A stretch of 64,000 nt of DNA from Oligoflexia bacterium (GCA_043732305.1 JAYTHU010000031.1:23033-87032); one strand, 5' to 3'. Counted from the stretch's first letter, positions 9,885 through 18,920 are shown. The notes: generated from the letters alone by a model not told the origin. Program-made: numbers and translations.

Positions 9885-11780
9885 TTATAATTTAGTTTTT
9901 GCTATATTTTCGAGCTCTGAAGTGCAGTCCGCTCCATCCATGGTTCCGCCCACACTACGACTCACTAAATTTTGAGCTTCAATGGCCGCAGAATTGAGAC
10001 GGCCCATCGCGATAAAACTCTTACTTGCTTCTATTTCCATGCGGGCTTTTTCAGAGATAATAAAGTCGGCCGTTTCCTTGATTGTCTCGGCGCTGAAGTA
10101 TGCCGTGGTATTGATCTCAATGATCATGTCATTGGCGCGCGCGACTTCAACTCGCAATTGTTTCAAACCTGCCTCTTGAGTGGCTCGCACCGCTTTGTTT
10201 GTACCTACGGCCATTTCTAAAGTGGAGTTGGTGTTTTTGATCATTTCCAAGGTGGTAAAAATAGGCATGCCATTTCTCACGTTAGCGATGTCTTCTCTTA
10301 CAAAATAAATAGTGTCTAGCTGTTTGGCCATAGCTTCACCTATGAGTTCCATAGCTGAGGCCTGACTCAAACCCGCATTGAGACGGTTTCTGAGCTTCTG
10401 GCCCACATATGAAATCACGGCTTTCTCATCTTCAAAACGTCCATTGAGATGAAATTCTTCAACGACTCTGGCGATTTCATCGTCGACGAGTTTCCCGAGA
10501 GCTACTTTCATTTTCAAATCTTGGAGGTATCCAGACATCTCATGAAGAGTCGTGATGATTTGCACGCCACTTTCCTTCAATGTTTTAGAGTTGCTCAGCA
10601 ATACATTGTCGACACTCGTGATGCCTTGGCGGTGACTCAACAGTGCCAAACGATCTTTCTTAGGTTTAACGGCGGAAGTCAATTTTCGTTTCACGTAGCC
10701 TGGATTAGGAGCTGCCGAAAGTTTTCCATGCCATCGTTCACGTATCGTGGATTTCCCCACTTCATGCCCCATGCTCTGAAGAAGGTAAGACAAGTCCTTG
10801 ATGTTTTGAAGAGATTTTAATTGGGTGTCGTTGATAGCAATATATTGTTTCGAGTTGCGATCTAAAATCTTATTGTTATTCAAGAAGCGTGTGGCCTGCT
10901 CGGAAGAAGCACTCAACTCACTTTCTAACGTTTGCATATTTTCTTGGCGGATTTGCGTTCGCCCCTCGGGAGATAATGTTTTTTCAATAAGTTCTAGAGC
11001 CAGCTCCTTAGCTTTTTTAGTGAGAGCGTCTGCGGAAACTCTGCTCATACGAACTTCAAGAGGCTTGGTTTCGCCCTCACCATTTTTATAATCACCAAGC
11101 AAGATTGTTCGAGTTTGATTTCGAGCGTAGAAAATTTCATCCACGCCATCACGTCTGCGAGAAGCGGCGTCTATCTCCTCGATTTCAAAAAGAATGCCGT
11201 CTCCGTTGGACAAAATATCTTTCGCATACTTCAAGAGACTAGCAGCAGGAATTTGCTGAGTGAGTCCTTGCCGAAGCACATCAAAATACATTTTTAAATT
11301 TACTAGAGAATCCGCATTTAATTTTCCCGGAGCAGTGGTCGTCACTAAAGTCACGAGATCTCTTAAACTGGGATCAGATGTCAATTGAGAGATATCAAAG
11401 GAACCAAGAGTCGCCAGAATCTCAAGTCTGATTTGGTTGACGTCAATGACTTTTGAATCTTTGGTTTCTTGAGCCACAATTGTTTGCAGGGCGGTGCTTA
11501 CTGCAGGAAGTTTGTCACCAATCACGGCGATGGAAGATATCGCTTCGGGACTAAGTTTGTATTGAGTTTTTCCACTCTTAAATCTTTCTTGCAGCCGTCG
11601 AGTGATTTCCGCAATCATGCTAGTTTGCACTACCTCAGTTTGCATTGCCTCCAATTGCCCGTGTTTATAGCTTGGCAGCTGAGTTGTAGTCACCTGACCG
11701 CCGGCAAAAGCAAGACTGCTCACCAATAAAAGGCTCAATGATTTTCCAAGAAGTTTGAGAAAAAAATTATTCTTTTGCAT
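9885..11780 (-). CDS. Signal-peptide-bearing TelA/KlaA (toxic anion resistance)-like helical protein, first gene of the leftward operon
   Basis: Start MQKNNFF at 11780 with a GGAGGG RBS; signal peptide ...LLLVSSLAFA. The C-terminal ~370 aa follow the TelA pattern by eye (LSPE..., SEQATRFL, ITSVDNVLLSNSKTLK, ALGKLVDDEI, QKLRNRLNAGLSQ, AYFSAETIKE). Confidence 0.6.
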   Translation of the reverse strand: MQKNNFFLKLLGKSLSLLLVSSLAFAGGQVTTTQLPSYKHGQLEAMQTEVVQTSMIAEITRRLQERFKSGKTQYKLSPEAISSIAVIGDKLPAVSTALQTIVAQETKDSKVIDVNQIRLEILATLGSFDISQLTSDPSLRDLVTLVTTTAPGKLNADSLVNLKMYFDVLRQGLTQQIPAASLLKYAKDILSNGDGILFEIEEIDAASRRRDGVDEIFYARNQTRTILLGDYKNGEGETKPLEVRMSRVSADALTKKAKELALELIEKTLSPEGRTQIRQENMQTLESELSASSEQATRFLNNNKILDRNSKQYIAINDTQLKSLQNIKDLSYLLQSMGHEVGKSTIRERWHGKLSAAPNPGYVKRKLTSAVKPKKDRLALLSHRQGITSVDNVLLSNSKTLKESGVQIITTLHEMSGYLQDLKMKVALGKLVDDEIARVVEEFHLNGRFEDEKAVISYVGQKLRNRLNAGLSQASAMELIGEAMAKQLDTIYFVREDIANVRNGMPIFTTLEMIKNTNSTLEMAVGTNKAVRATQEAGLKQLRVEVARANDMIIEINTTAYFSAETIKETADFIISEKARMEIEASKSFIAMGRLNSAAIEAQNLVSRSVGGTMDGADCTSELENIAKTKL

Positions 11781-11865
11781 ACTAGAAATCCCCTCCATAA
11801 AAGTACTTCATCCATCTTAACGCAATGCGTAAATAAATTTAAATTGTTTCTGCTAACCGCCACAC

Positions 11866-11881
11866 TGCAATTTCTAAGCCC
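11866..11881 (-). promoter_or_regulatory. sigma54 (-24/-12) promoter for the leftward six-gene operon
   Basis: Minus strand GGGCTTAGAAATTGCA = GG-N10-GC with TTGCA. Confidence 0.55.
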
Positions 11882-11882
11882 A

Positions 11883-11898
11883 CGGAACGCAACTTGCA
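11883..11898 (+). promoter_or_regulatory. sigma54 (-24/-12) promoter for the rightward two-gene operon
   Basis: CGGAACGCAACTTGCA = GG-N10-GC, close to TGGCACG-N4-TTGCA. Confidence 0.6.
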
Positions 11899-11910
11899 GT
11901 TGTTAATTTT

Positions 11911-13812
11911 ATGACCTTATTTTTTTTAAACACAGGCGGGTTCAATGATCATCGCCGTGGAAAAAGAACTCGACCCTACCCGAAAAGCGGGAATTTTTTT
12001 CAGGAGAAAAAAAGCGGAGCCATTCTATTCGTTTTACTAACTTCGCTATGTTCGTTTCTCGTAACTGGTGCAAGTCAGGCTCAAGAAGTCACCTCATTAA
12101 CCATCAGTGATGCCTGTCAGGCTATCTTGAAAACCCTAAAGGCAACGTCCAACCCGCATGAAAAAGACTCCGTCAATTACACTCCTATCAATGATCAGCA
12201 AATCGTGGATGGAGGAAAATCAATATCCAGCGTGCTTGCTGCCGCCCTGAGGGAAGATTTTCTCTCAAGTCCCAAATACATCATGCACGAACATCTCACA
12301 GAATTTTTGGAACCTGCCATGGATTTGGCTAGAGAAGTGAGCGCAAGGCAATTGGTCGGCCAAACCAGAGAAAAACCAAAAAGCATTCTAGAGATAGAAA
12401 CTCATCTTTATGGAAATAAAAGTTTAACGGCGAAGATTGAGGAAGCTGAACTGGCTCTCGACAAGCTTCAGAAAAAAAGTATTTTTCGCAAAAAAGCGAC
12501 AGAGGAGGTATTTAAAATTGCGAATGAAATTTTATCCTGTCGCACTGCCATTCAATCTTGCAAGCTTGATATCAAAGGGACTCTCATTCAACTGAACCAC
12601 GAGTACCGCCTGTCCCATGCTGTTGAACTTATTTTGACCGATCACTTAAAAATCCTCGAGAATCTTCAAGGACGTCACACCGAAACATCAATTCAGACAG
12701 TGATAGAAATTAAAAAAGCGGAGTTGAATAGACTGCTGGCGATTTTCAAAGCGGTTTCTACGCAGATTGAATCAGTCATTGAAGTCGGACATACCGTGGT
12801 GAAAGATGCGGACCAGCTTTCATCCGATAGAATTTCGCAACTCGTGATCAATGCCGCCAAGCAAAGTCCTTCCTTAGATTTGACGTATCTAAATCCGGAG
12901 ACTGAAGAAGAAGTACAAGAAAAACTTGATCCCGGAGTGATCTTCAAAGATCCCGCGACGGCGGCTCTGCAAAAACTGATTGACCTCACAACTTCCGATA
13001 TAGGCATACGCGAAACCCTATTGAATAAAATTTATCCTCAGATCTACACACCCTCTGGATACTCTTGGATGGTGAGGTACAAAACCCGGAAAGCCCTTGA
13101 TCGAATAAAAAATCAAATTAACATTGGCGGTAAAATCAACATCTACCTTCTTCCATCAGTGATGGAGATTCTTGTGGAATCTTTGGAAACTCTTGATGAG
13201 CCAGCACTTTTTGCGATCTTGTTAGACCCGGACATTGACCTGCCTGGGTCTCTGCCACAGCTTTTTTCAGCAATCACTCAGCACCCTAAGGCAAAGAAAA
13301 TACAAAACATTTTGCCCAGTTTTTTAGCCGGCAAAACCAGTTGGACAAGGAGCCGTGATTTTAGTGATCAGGTGACGGAGATTTCGAATTACTCCATCGG
13401 AGATCGGTCAAAACTTGATTCACTGGAGATTCTCATACGTAAATCGACGACCATATCACAAGACGAGTTTCTGCTTTTGGCAGCGAAAACTCCTTCTAAC
13501 GTTCCCTGGGGCCTCCCAACCGATGTTTACCTTAAAGGAAAACTCACCGCCTATGGTTTCGCGAAGCGAGATCTGATGGCAATACACATCAAGATAGAAT
13601 TTAATATCATTTTTGATGCTCTCGAAAAAGTCTCAATCAGAGATATTGAGTCAAAACAAAATTGGGAAAGGAAGGTCATTGGAATACTCACCACCCGGTT
13701 AAGGGCAGCCTATCCAGATGACAATTTTCCTAAAGAGGTGACGTTGGTTACGGCTTTGGACAATTTGCTCTTGAGAGCCATGCAATATTCCAGCAAAAGG
13801 TGTTACGAGTGA
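11911..13812 (+). CDS. Secreted array protein F (divergently transcribed paralogue)
   Basis: Hydrophobic signal ...ILFVLLTSLCSFLVTGASQA; motifs ACQAILK, FLSSPKY, KPKSILEIETHLYG, CRTAIQSC, LNHEY, LDLTYL. Start position uncertain. Confidence 0.8.
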   Translation: MTLFFLNTGGFNDHRRGKRTRPYPKSGNFFQEKKSGAILFVLLTSLCSFLVTGASQAQEVTSLTISDACQAILKTLKATSNPHEKDSVNYTPINDQQIVDGGKSISSVLAAALREDFLSSPKYIMHEHLTEFLEPAMDLAREVSARQLVGQTREKPKSILEIETHLYGNKSLTAKIEEAELALDKLQKKSIFRKKATEEVFKIANEILSCRTAIQSCKLDIKGTLIQLNHEYRLSHAVELILTDHLKILENLQGRHTETSIQTVIEIKKAELNRLLAIFKAVSTQIESVIEVGHTVVKDADQLSSDRISQLVINAAKQSPSLDLTYLNPETEEEVQEKLDPGVIFKDPATAALQKLIDLTTSDIGIRETLLNKIYPQIYTPSGYSWMVRYKTRKALDRIKNQINIGGKINIYLLPSVMEILVESLETLDEPALFAILLDPDIDLPGSLPQLFSAITQHPKAKKIQNILPSFLAGKTSWTRSRDFSDQVTEISNYSIGDRSKLDSLEILIRKSTTISQDEFLLLAAKTPSNVPWGLPTDVYLKGKLTAYGFAKRDLMAIHIKIEFNIIFDALEKVSIRDIESKQNWERKVIGILTTRLRAAYPDDNFPKEVTLVTALDNLLLRAMQYSSKRCYE

Positions 13813-16751
13813 AACCGAAATTTTCTGCTTCCACATTTCTAATTTTCGATTTTTTAATCTTCGCAACTCTTTTAAGCTTCGGCTTATGTTCAAGCTTAGG
13901 CTTTGGCGCCGAGCTTTTACGTTTCCCTTTCCAAGACGGAAGAAAAATTCTGGTGACTCAGGGTGATTCGGGCGTTCACGTTTCTTATGTCAGAAAAATA
14001 GATTCTTCGAATACAATCAGCAGCGCAGGCAAAGAAGTGGAAATAGAATTTCTCACTTTGCCAGAGCTAACGGGTTTTTCAGTCTTTAATAATTCCGACG
14101 TTTCAAATCACATTCCGAAAGAAATCAAAGCTTATAAAGTTGTTCAATCCAAAAAGTCGAACTTTGAGTTTAAAAACTGGTTGATCCTATCGGATAAAAC
14201 CCATGGCTATTTTATACGGCAACATAGTTTTTCTGGAAATAGCAAAATCCCTCTGGTGGTTTTTAAATTCAAAATGCCAAGCGACGTCAAAATGATTTCA
14301 TCAAGTTATGGGATGGGACCGGAAGGATCGCGATTTCTATATTTTATTTCTGTCGATGGAAAAACAGCCAAAACTATGGTTTTTAGTCCAGAAGAGGGAG
14401 ACCAACCACTCAAATTAATTCCTCAATTTGTAGATCTTGGAAATATTCAGGAGCCGGTTTTCCAAATTGTTGGCGATGAAATCGTTTGGAAAGAACGATA
14501 TCTGAAAAAATATAATTTCGACCTTCCTGAAATCAAAGACATTAAAACAGGGAATTCAAAAAACAATCCCATGGGTGATATTGAGAATTCTCAGGCGAAT
14601 TTGCAAAACACCGCCCGCATGGCTCATGAAGCTGCCACGGAATTATCCAAACCTGCGAACCAAAGAATGAAATCCGCAGAACGGACCCAGAATTTCAATC
14701 ATTCTCTTGCCACACCTGATGCTGATGTTGAATACAAAGGCCTTCATTACAAAATTGAAGAGTCACTTGAAGGAGTCGAAATTGTCAGGCTCAAAGATCT
14801 TAAAAGCCTCACTGTAAGCAAAGGAAGCTATAACTCAACTCATATTTTAGATGGCGGAATACTGAAATTTTCGGATATCTCTCGAGAAATATCTCTAGAT
14901 CACTTTGATGCCGAATGTGCCTTCATGCCCACTGGAAACAATCCCCAAGAAGTAAAGTTCATGGAAGGAACTTATGAAAACTTTAGAAAGACCGGATCAA
15001 TAAATCTCGTTCTTCCTGATTCGCGAAAAGAACTGGTCAGACAGGCGGTAAAACGCATGCTCGGTGAAAAGAAAAACAGCCTGCTTCTGACTGAAGGTTT
15101 TGGAGATCGAAAGTTCATTGTTCAAAATATAGTTCAGGCCTTGCCACCCACCTGGCGCGTGCTTACGCTTTCACCGGGACCACTCTCTAAAGACATCAAC
15201 TACTCGGGAAAAATTCAGGAAAACGTTTCCCATATTTTGGAAGCGGCAAAGACGACGCCTCTGGTTTTGGTGGCCGAAGACTTTCATATCTACAAAGGTT
15301 TGGGATCTACTGGTGGCAATCAAACTGATGTGCTTGAACTGATCCGTGATGCGGTCTTGAGTGGCCAACTGCGGTTGATTGCACTCTCCGGAGAGGAATT
15401 TAACGAGCGTGTTCATGATCCTGCTTGGGACCGAGCCCTTTTTAAAATTCCCCTTACTGATTTGAGTCAGGTAGAAGTTTTTGAATTCTTAAAAAATCTT
15501 TGGGCGGTAGATGGAAAAGGACTTCCACTTCCGAGCGCCAAAACTCTAAATAAAATAATCGATGTTGCGGGGAAATTCAATGTGACTGAAGAAGACCCCG
15601 CCCGCTCCGCCGATTTCATGGCTGCATACATTTCAGAATTGAGCGAGACAACGTCTCCATCCATCGACGTGAACGATGAAGTTTCTCTTTTGAAATCAGC
15701 TAAAGATTTCTATCGACTAGATCCTTCACTGATTGATCCAAAAATTTTATTCTCTAAAGTTCAGAACTTTATTCCTAAGGTTCGCGATTACGGTCTCATG
15801 GGGCATGATCATGTGATTGCAGCGGCAAAAAAAATGATTGCAAACTCCCTTTCTGGCGCATCACTTGATCCCGGGCCTGGATTTATTATGTACGTGGATG
15901 GTCCACCCGGCGTTGGAAAAACCGAAATGGCTAAGAGTTTTGCTTCGGCCATGGATTGGAACATCAAAAGAATTGTCATGCACCAGGCAATGACCTCAGA
16001 CACTCTGCTTGAAAATCTTTATCGCGCACTGAAAAAAAATCCACACTCTCTGATTTTTCTCGACGAGATAGAAAAAGCATCTCCCGACACTCTCAAGGGA
16101 CTTCTTCAAACCATGGACAATGAGTACTTCAACGTGGATATGGAGATTGGCGACAAACAAAAACGCACGGTGCGCGCGTCTACTAAACATGCGAAGTTTA
16201 TGCTCGCTGGAAATGTACTGGGCGAAGCAATCTCCCATTGGTGGCATGATCATCCGGAATATATTAACTCTCTCACACCACCTCATATGCAATTCATAAA
16301 GGACATGGGCGGCGAAGAACGTTTGCGGCAACTATTGATTCAAGAAGGTCTTCCGTCCCCGCTCATTGATAGGGCCTACGTGACTTATGCTTTTCCGCCG
16401 ACACGAGAACAGATAAAAGGTTTCCTCACTTTTAAGATCAACCTGATGATAAAAATATTTGAAAAAAACAATGATCGAAAATTAGTCTTCACTGGTCTTG
16501 AAAAATACATTGAAGATGTGACTGATTTTGCTATTCGGGAAAAGCTTGGACCAAGATCCATTTTGCGCGCCACCACGGGCTCTAATGGAGATTTCGCAAG
16601 CATTCTGGCAAACCTTGCAAGCACGTACGCTGCGGCACCGGGGAGTCATGACGGGCCGGTGAAGCTTCGATTCGATGAAAAAAGAACGGATCCCACCCAC
16701 GACTGCCAAAATATTTTGGCAGAAATGGAAAATGAGATCCGAGAAAACTAA
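13809..16751 (+). CDS. Signal-peptide-bearing ClpA/ClpB-like double AAA+ protein with degenerate first ring
   Basis: Probable GTG start overlapping the upstream stop (GTGA); hydrophobic N-terminus. D2 has GPPGVGKT and LIFLDEIEKA. D1 has TEGFGDRK at the Walker A position and VAEDFHIYKGLGS at the Walker B position. Confidence 0.8.
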   Translation: MKPKFSASTFLIFDFLIFATLLSFGLCSSLGFGAELLRFPFQDGRKILVTQGDSGVHVSYVRKIDSSNTISSAGKEVEIEFLTLPELTGFSVFNNSDVSNHIPKEIKAYKVVQSKKSNFEFKNWLILSDKTHGYFIRQHSFSGNSKIPLVVFKFKMPSDVKMISSSYGMGPEGSRFLYFISVDGKTAKTMVFSPEEGDQPLKLIPQFVDLGNIQEPVFQIVGDEIVWKERYLKKYNFDLPEIKDIKTGNSKNNPMGDIENSQANLQNTARMAHEAATELSKPANQRMKSAERTQNFNHSLATPDADVEYKGLHYKIEESLEGVEIVRLKDLKSLTVSKGSYNSTHILDGGILKFSDISREISLDHFDAECAFMPTGNNPQEVKFMEGTYENFRKTGSINLVLPDSRKELVRQAVKRMLGEKKNSLLLTEGFGDRKFIVQNIVQALPPTWRVLTLSPGPLSKDINYSGKIQENVSHILEAAKTTPLVLVAEDFHIYKGLGSTGGNQTDVLELIRDAVLSGQLRLIALSGEEFNERVHDPAWDRALFKIPLTDLSQVEVFEFLKNLWAVDGKGLPLPSAKTLNKIIDVAGKFNVTEEDPARSADFMAAYISELSETTSPSIDVNDEVSLLKSAKDFYRLDPSLIDPKILFSKVQNFIPKVRDYGLMGHDHVIAAAKKMIANSLSGASLDPGPGFIMYVDGPPGVGKTEMAKSFASAMDWNIKRIVMHQAMTSDTLLENLYRALKKNPHSLIFLDEIEKASPDTLKGLLQTMDNEYFNVDMEIGDKQKRTVRASTKHAKFMLAGNVLGEAISHWWHDHPEYINSLTPPHMQFIKDMGGEERLRQLLIQEGLPSPLIDRAYVTYAFPPTREQIKGFLTFKINLMIKIFEKNNDRKLVFTGLEKYIEDVTDFAIREKLGPRSILRATTGSNGDFASILANLASTYAAAPGSHDGPVKLRFDEKRTDPTHDCQNILAEMENEIREN

Positions 16752-16759
16752 ACCTTAAA

Positions 16760-18895
16760 TTATATCTTATAGAACTTCTGGCCACCACGAGCCATCTGCA
16801 AGAGTGCTTCAGACGGTTTGAATCTCGGAGCCTTATTCTTAACAGACAATTCTTCGAGCTCATCCACAATGGCGTTTACACCAAGGCTATCGGCCCATTT
16901 AAGTAGTCCACCTCTGAAGGGCGGAAAACCTGTGCCCATTATCATGCCCAAGTCGACATCGTCAGGGCGTTCGACGATTTTTTCCTGCATACACATGGCG
17001 GCTTCATTGATCATGGGAAACAAAACACGTTTCACCATTTCATCTGGATTGAACTTTCCGGGCGTTTTGGTAACTCCGGTGATTTCATAAATTTTAGGAT
17101 CCACGTGCAACATTTTTCCAGTCGCATCGTAAAGATAAAATCCTGAACCATTTTTCTTGCCGAATTTTTTTGCATCGACAACTTTGTGCATAACAGGTGA
17201 AGGCTCCGCGCGAACTCCGAAAGCTTTAAATAAAATTTTCGCCACTTTTTCCGCAACATCGATCCCCACTTCGTCGATCAAATGCATTGGACCCATGGGC
17301 ATTCCAAAATTCAATAAAGCTTTATCAATATTTTCAATGCTCTCGCCTTCACTGAATACGTAACAAGCTTCGTTCAAATAGGGCATGAGCAAACGATTGA
17401 CTAAAAATCCGGGACATTCCTTAACCACTATGGGAGTTTTTCCCATGCGTTTGGAAAGTGCAAAAATAGTTGCAGCTGCTTTGTCGCTGGTTTTTTCTCC
17501 TCTGATCACTTCGATCAAAGGCATTTTTGCGACGGGATTGAAAAAATGCATACCCACAAAATTTTCTGGCTTCGGCAAAGCGGATGAAATTTCATTGATG
17601 CTCAAACTCGAAGTGTTACTGGCAATAATGACATCGTCTTTGCATTGACCTGCGACTTCGGCTAAAACTTTTTTCTTCACATTTATATCTTCAACGATCG
17701 CTTCAATCACTACGTCCAAAGTTTTGAACCCAGCAAAGTCTACTCCACCGGAAATGTGATCCATCTTTCTTTGATATTCAAACTTGTTGATTTTCTTTCG
17801 TTTGACATCTTTTGAAAATAAATCCGCCGCGGTTTTTATTCCTTTGGCGATAGCATCAAGATTCACATCTTTCACTCGGACCATCATGTTTTTGTCCGCA
17901 GCGAGTTGTGCAATCCCGCCCCCCATTGTGCCCGCTCCAAGAACGCCGACGTGTTCAATGGGAGAAAGATCAATTTTTTTATTTCCCGGGAGACCAGTTT
18001 GTTTTTTCACAGCCTCAGTCATGAAATAAAGAGAGATTAAATTTTTACTGACAACAGTTGCCGCCATTTCACCGAATCCATCGGACTCGATTTTCATTCC
18101 TTTGACGAAATTTCCGCCGTAGGTTTTTTTAATGACTTCAAGTGCTTTCAAAGGCGACGGATAATGTCCACCCGTTTTAGCCATGAGAGCTTGTTTAGCT
18201 TTTGAGAAAATCACAGCTTTCGCAGGACCTTCTAAAATAACATTTACCAAACCCTTGGGTTTGAAAAACTTTCGGCGCTTGCCTTTTACAACAGCGTCTT
18301 TGGTGAATTTCACCACCTGCTCATGCAGAAGTTCTTTAGGCACGCACAGATCTATAAGGCCGATTTTATATGCTTTGCTTCCATTCACAGATTTACCGGC
18401 AAGAATGATATCTAAACTTTGCTGAAGTCCAATCAAACGGGGCAACCTCTGAGTTCCACCGAACCCTGGAAAAACTCCCAAATTAACTTCTGGTAAACCA
18501 ATTTTGGTTGATGGGTCATCGGTCGCGATCCTATAATCACAAGCTAATATCAGTTCGCATCCGCCCCCCATGCACGCTCCGTGAACGGCCGCAATGGTAG
18601 GCATGGGAAGAGCTTCAAGCAAAGTAAAAATACTTTGGCCAAAGGCTGCCGCTTCGGCGCCTTCCTCTTTTGTTTTAAGTGCTTTAATTTCTTCTATGTC
18701 AGCACCGGCAATAAAAATATTTGGCTTTTTAGAAATGAAAACAACAGCTCTATATTTTGATTGCGCAAGTTCTTCGATCACCTGCAACAGGCGTAAAAGA
18801 ACACCACCGGTAAGTTTATTTATTTTTTCACCGGGAAGATCAAATTCAACCCATGCGGTATCACCATCAGCCTTGATAGTGATCGCCTCATTCAT
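16760..18895 (-). CDS. fadJ: Fatty-acid oxidation complex alpha subunit (enoyl-CoA hydratase / 3-hydroxyacyl-CoA dehydrogenase)
   Basis: FIAGADI, GGGCEL, GLPEV, GAGTMGGGIA, SNTSSL, GMHFFNP. Start trimmed to MNEAITIK. Confidence 0.93.
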   Translation of the reverse strand: MNEAITIKADGDTAWVEFDLPGEKINKLTGGVLLRLLQVIEELAQSKYRAVVFISKKPNIFIAGADIEEIKALKTKEEGAEAAAFGQSIFTLLEALPMPTIAAVHGACMGGGCELILACDYRIATDDPSTKIGLPEVNLGVFPGFGGTQRLPRLIGLQQSLDIILAGKSVNGSKAYKIGLIDLCVPKELLHEQVVKFTKDAVVKGKRRKFFKPKGLVNVILEGPAKAVIFSKAKQALMAKTGGHYPSPLKALEVIKKTYGGNFVKGMKIESDGFGEMAATVVSKNLISLYFMTEAVKKQTGLPGNKKIDLSPIEHVGVLGAGTMGGGIAQLAADKNMMVRVKDVNLDAIAKGIKTAADLFSKDVKRKKINKFEYQRKMDHISGGVDFAGFKTLDVVIEAIVEDINVKKKVLAEVAGQCKDDVIIASNTSSLSINEISSALPKPENFVGMHFFNPVAKMPLIEVIRGEKTSDKAAATIFALSKRMGKTPIVVKECPGFLVNRLLMPYLNEACYVFSEGESIENIDKALLNFGMPMGPMHLIDEVGIDVAEKVAKILFKAFGVRAEPSPVMHKVVDAKKFGKKNGSGFYLYDATGKMLHVDPKIYEITGVTKTPGKFNPDEMVKRVLFPMINEAAMCMQEKIVERPDDVDLGMIMGTGFPPFRGGLLKWADSLGVNAIVDELEELSVKNKAPRFKPSEALLQMARGGQKFYKI

Positions 18896-18920
18896 AGGCT
18901 TGATCGTGGTTTTAAATTTA

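Noticed and set aside
11945..12040. Programmed -1 frameshift at an A7 run joining an alternative ATG (11945) to protein F
   Set aside because: The frame from 11911 is already open and no stimulatory element is evident; too speculative.
1456..13812. Classical polymorphic toxin-immunity locus
   Set aside because: There are no small immunity ORFs between the genes, no recognisable nuclease or deaminase motifs and no orphan C-terminal cassettes.
13809..16751. T6SS ClpV or housekeeping ClpB
   Set aside because: No T6SS genes are in the window; the protein has no Clp N-domain or middle domain, D1 is degenerate and a signal-like N-terminus is present.
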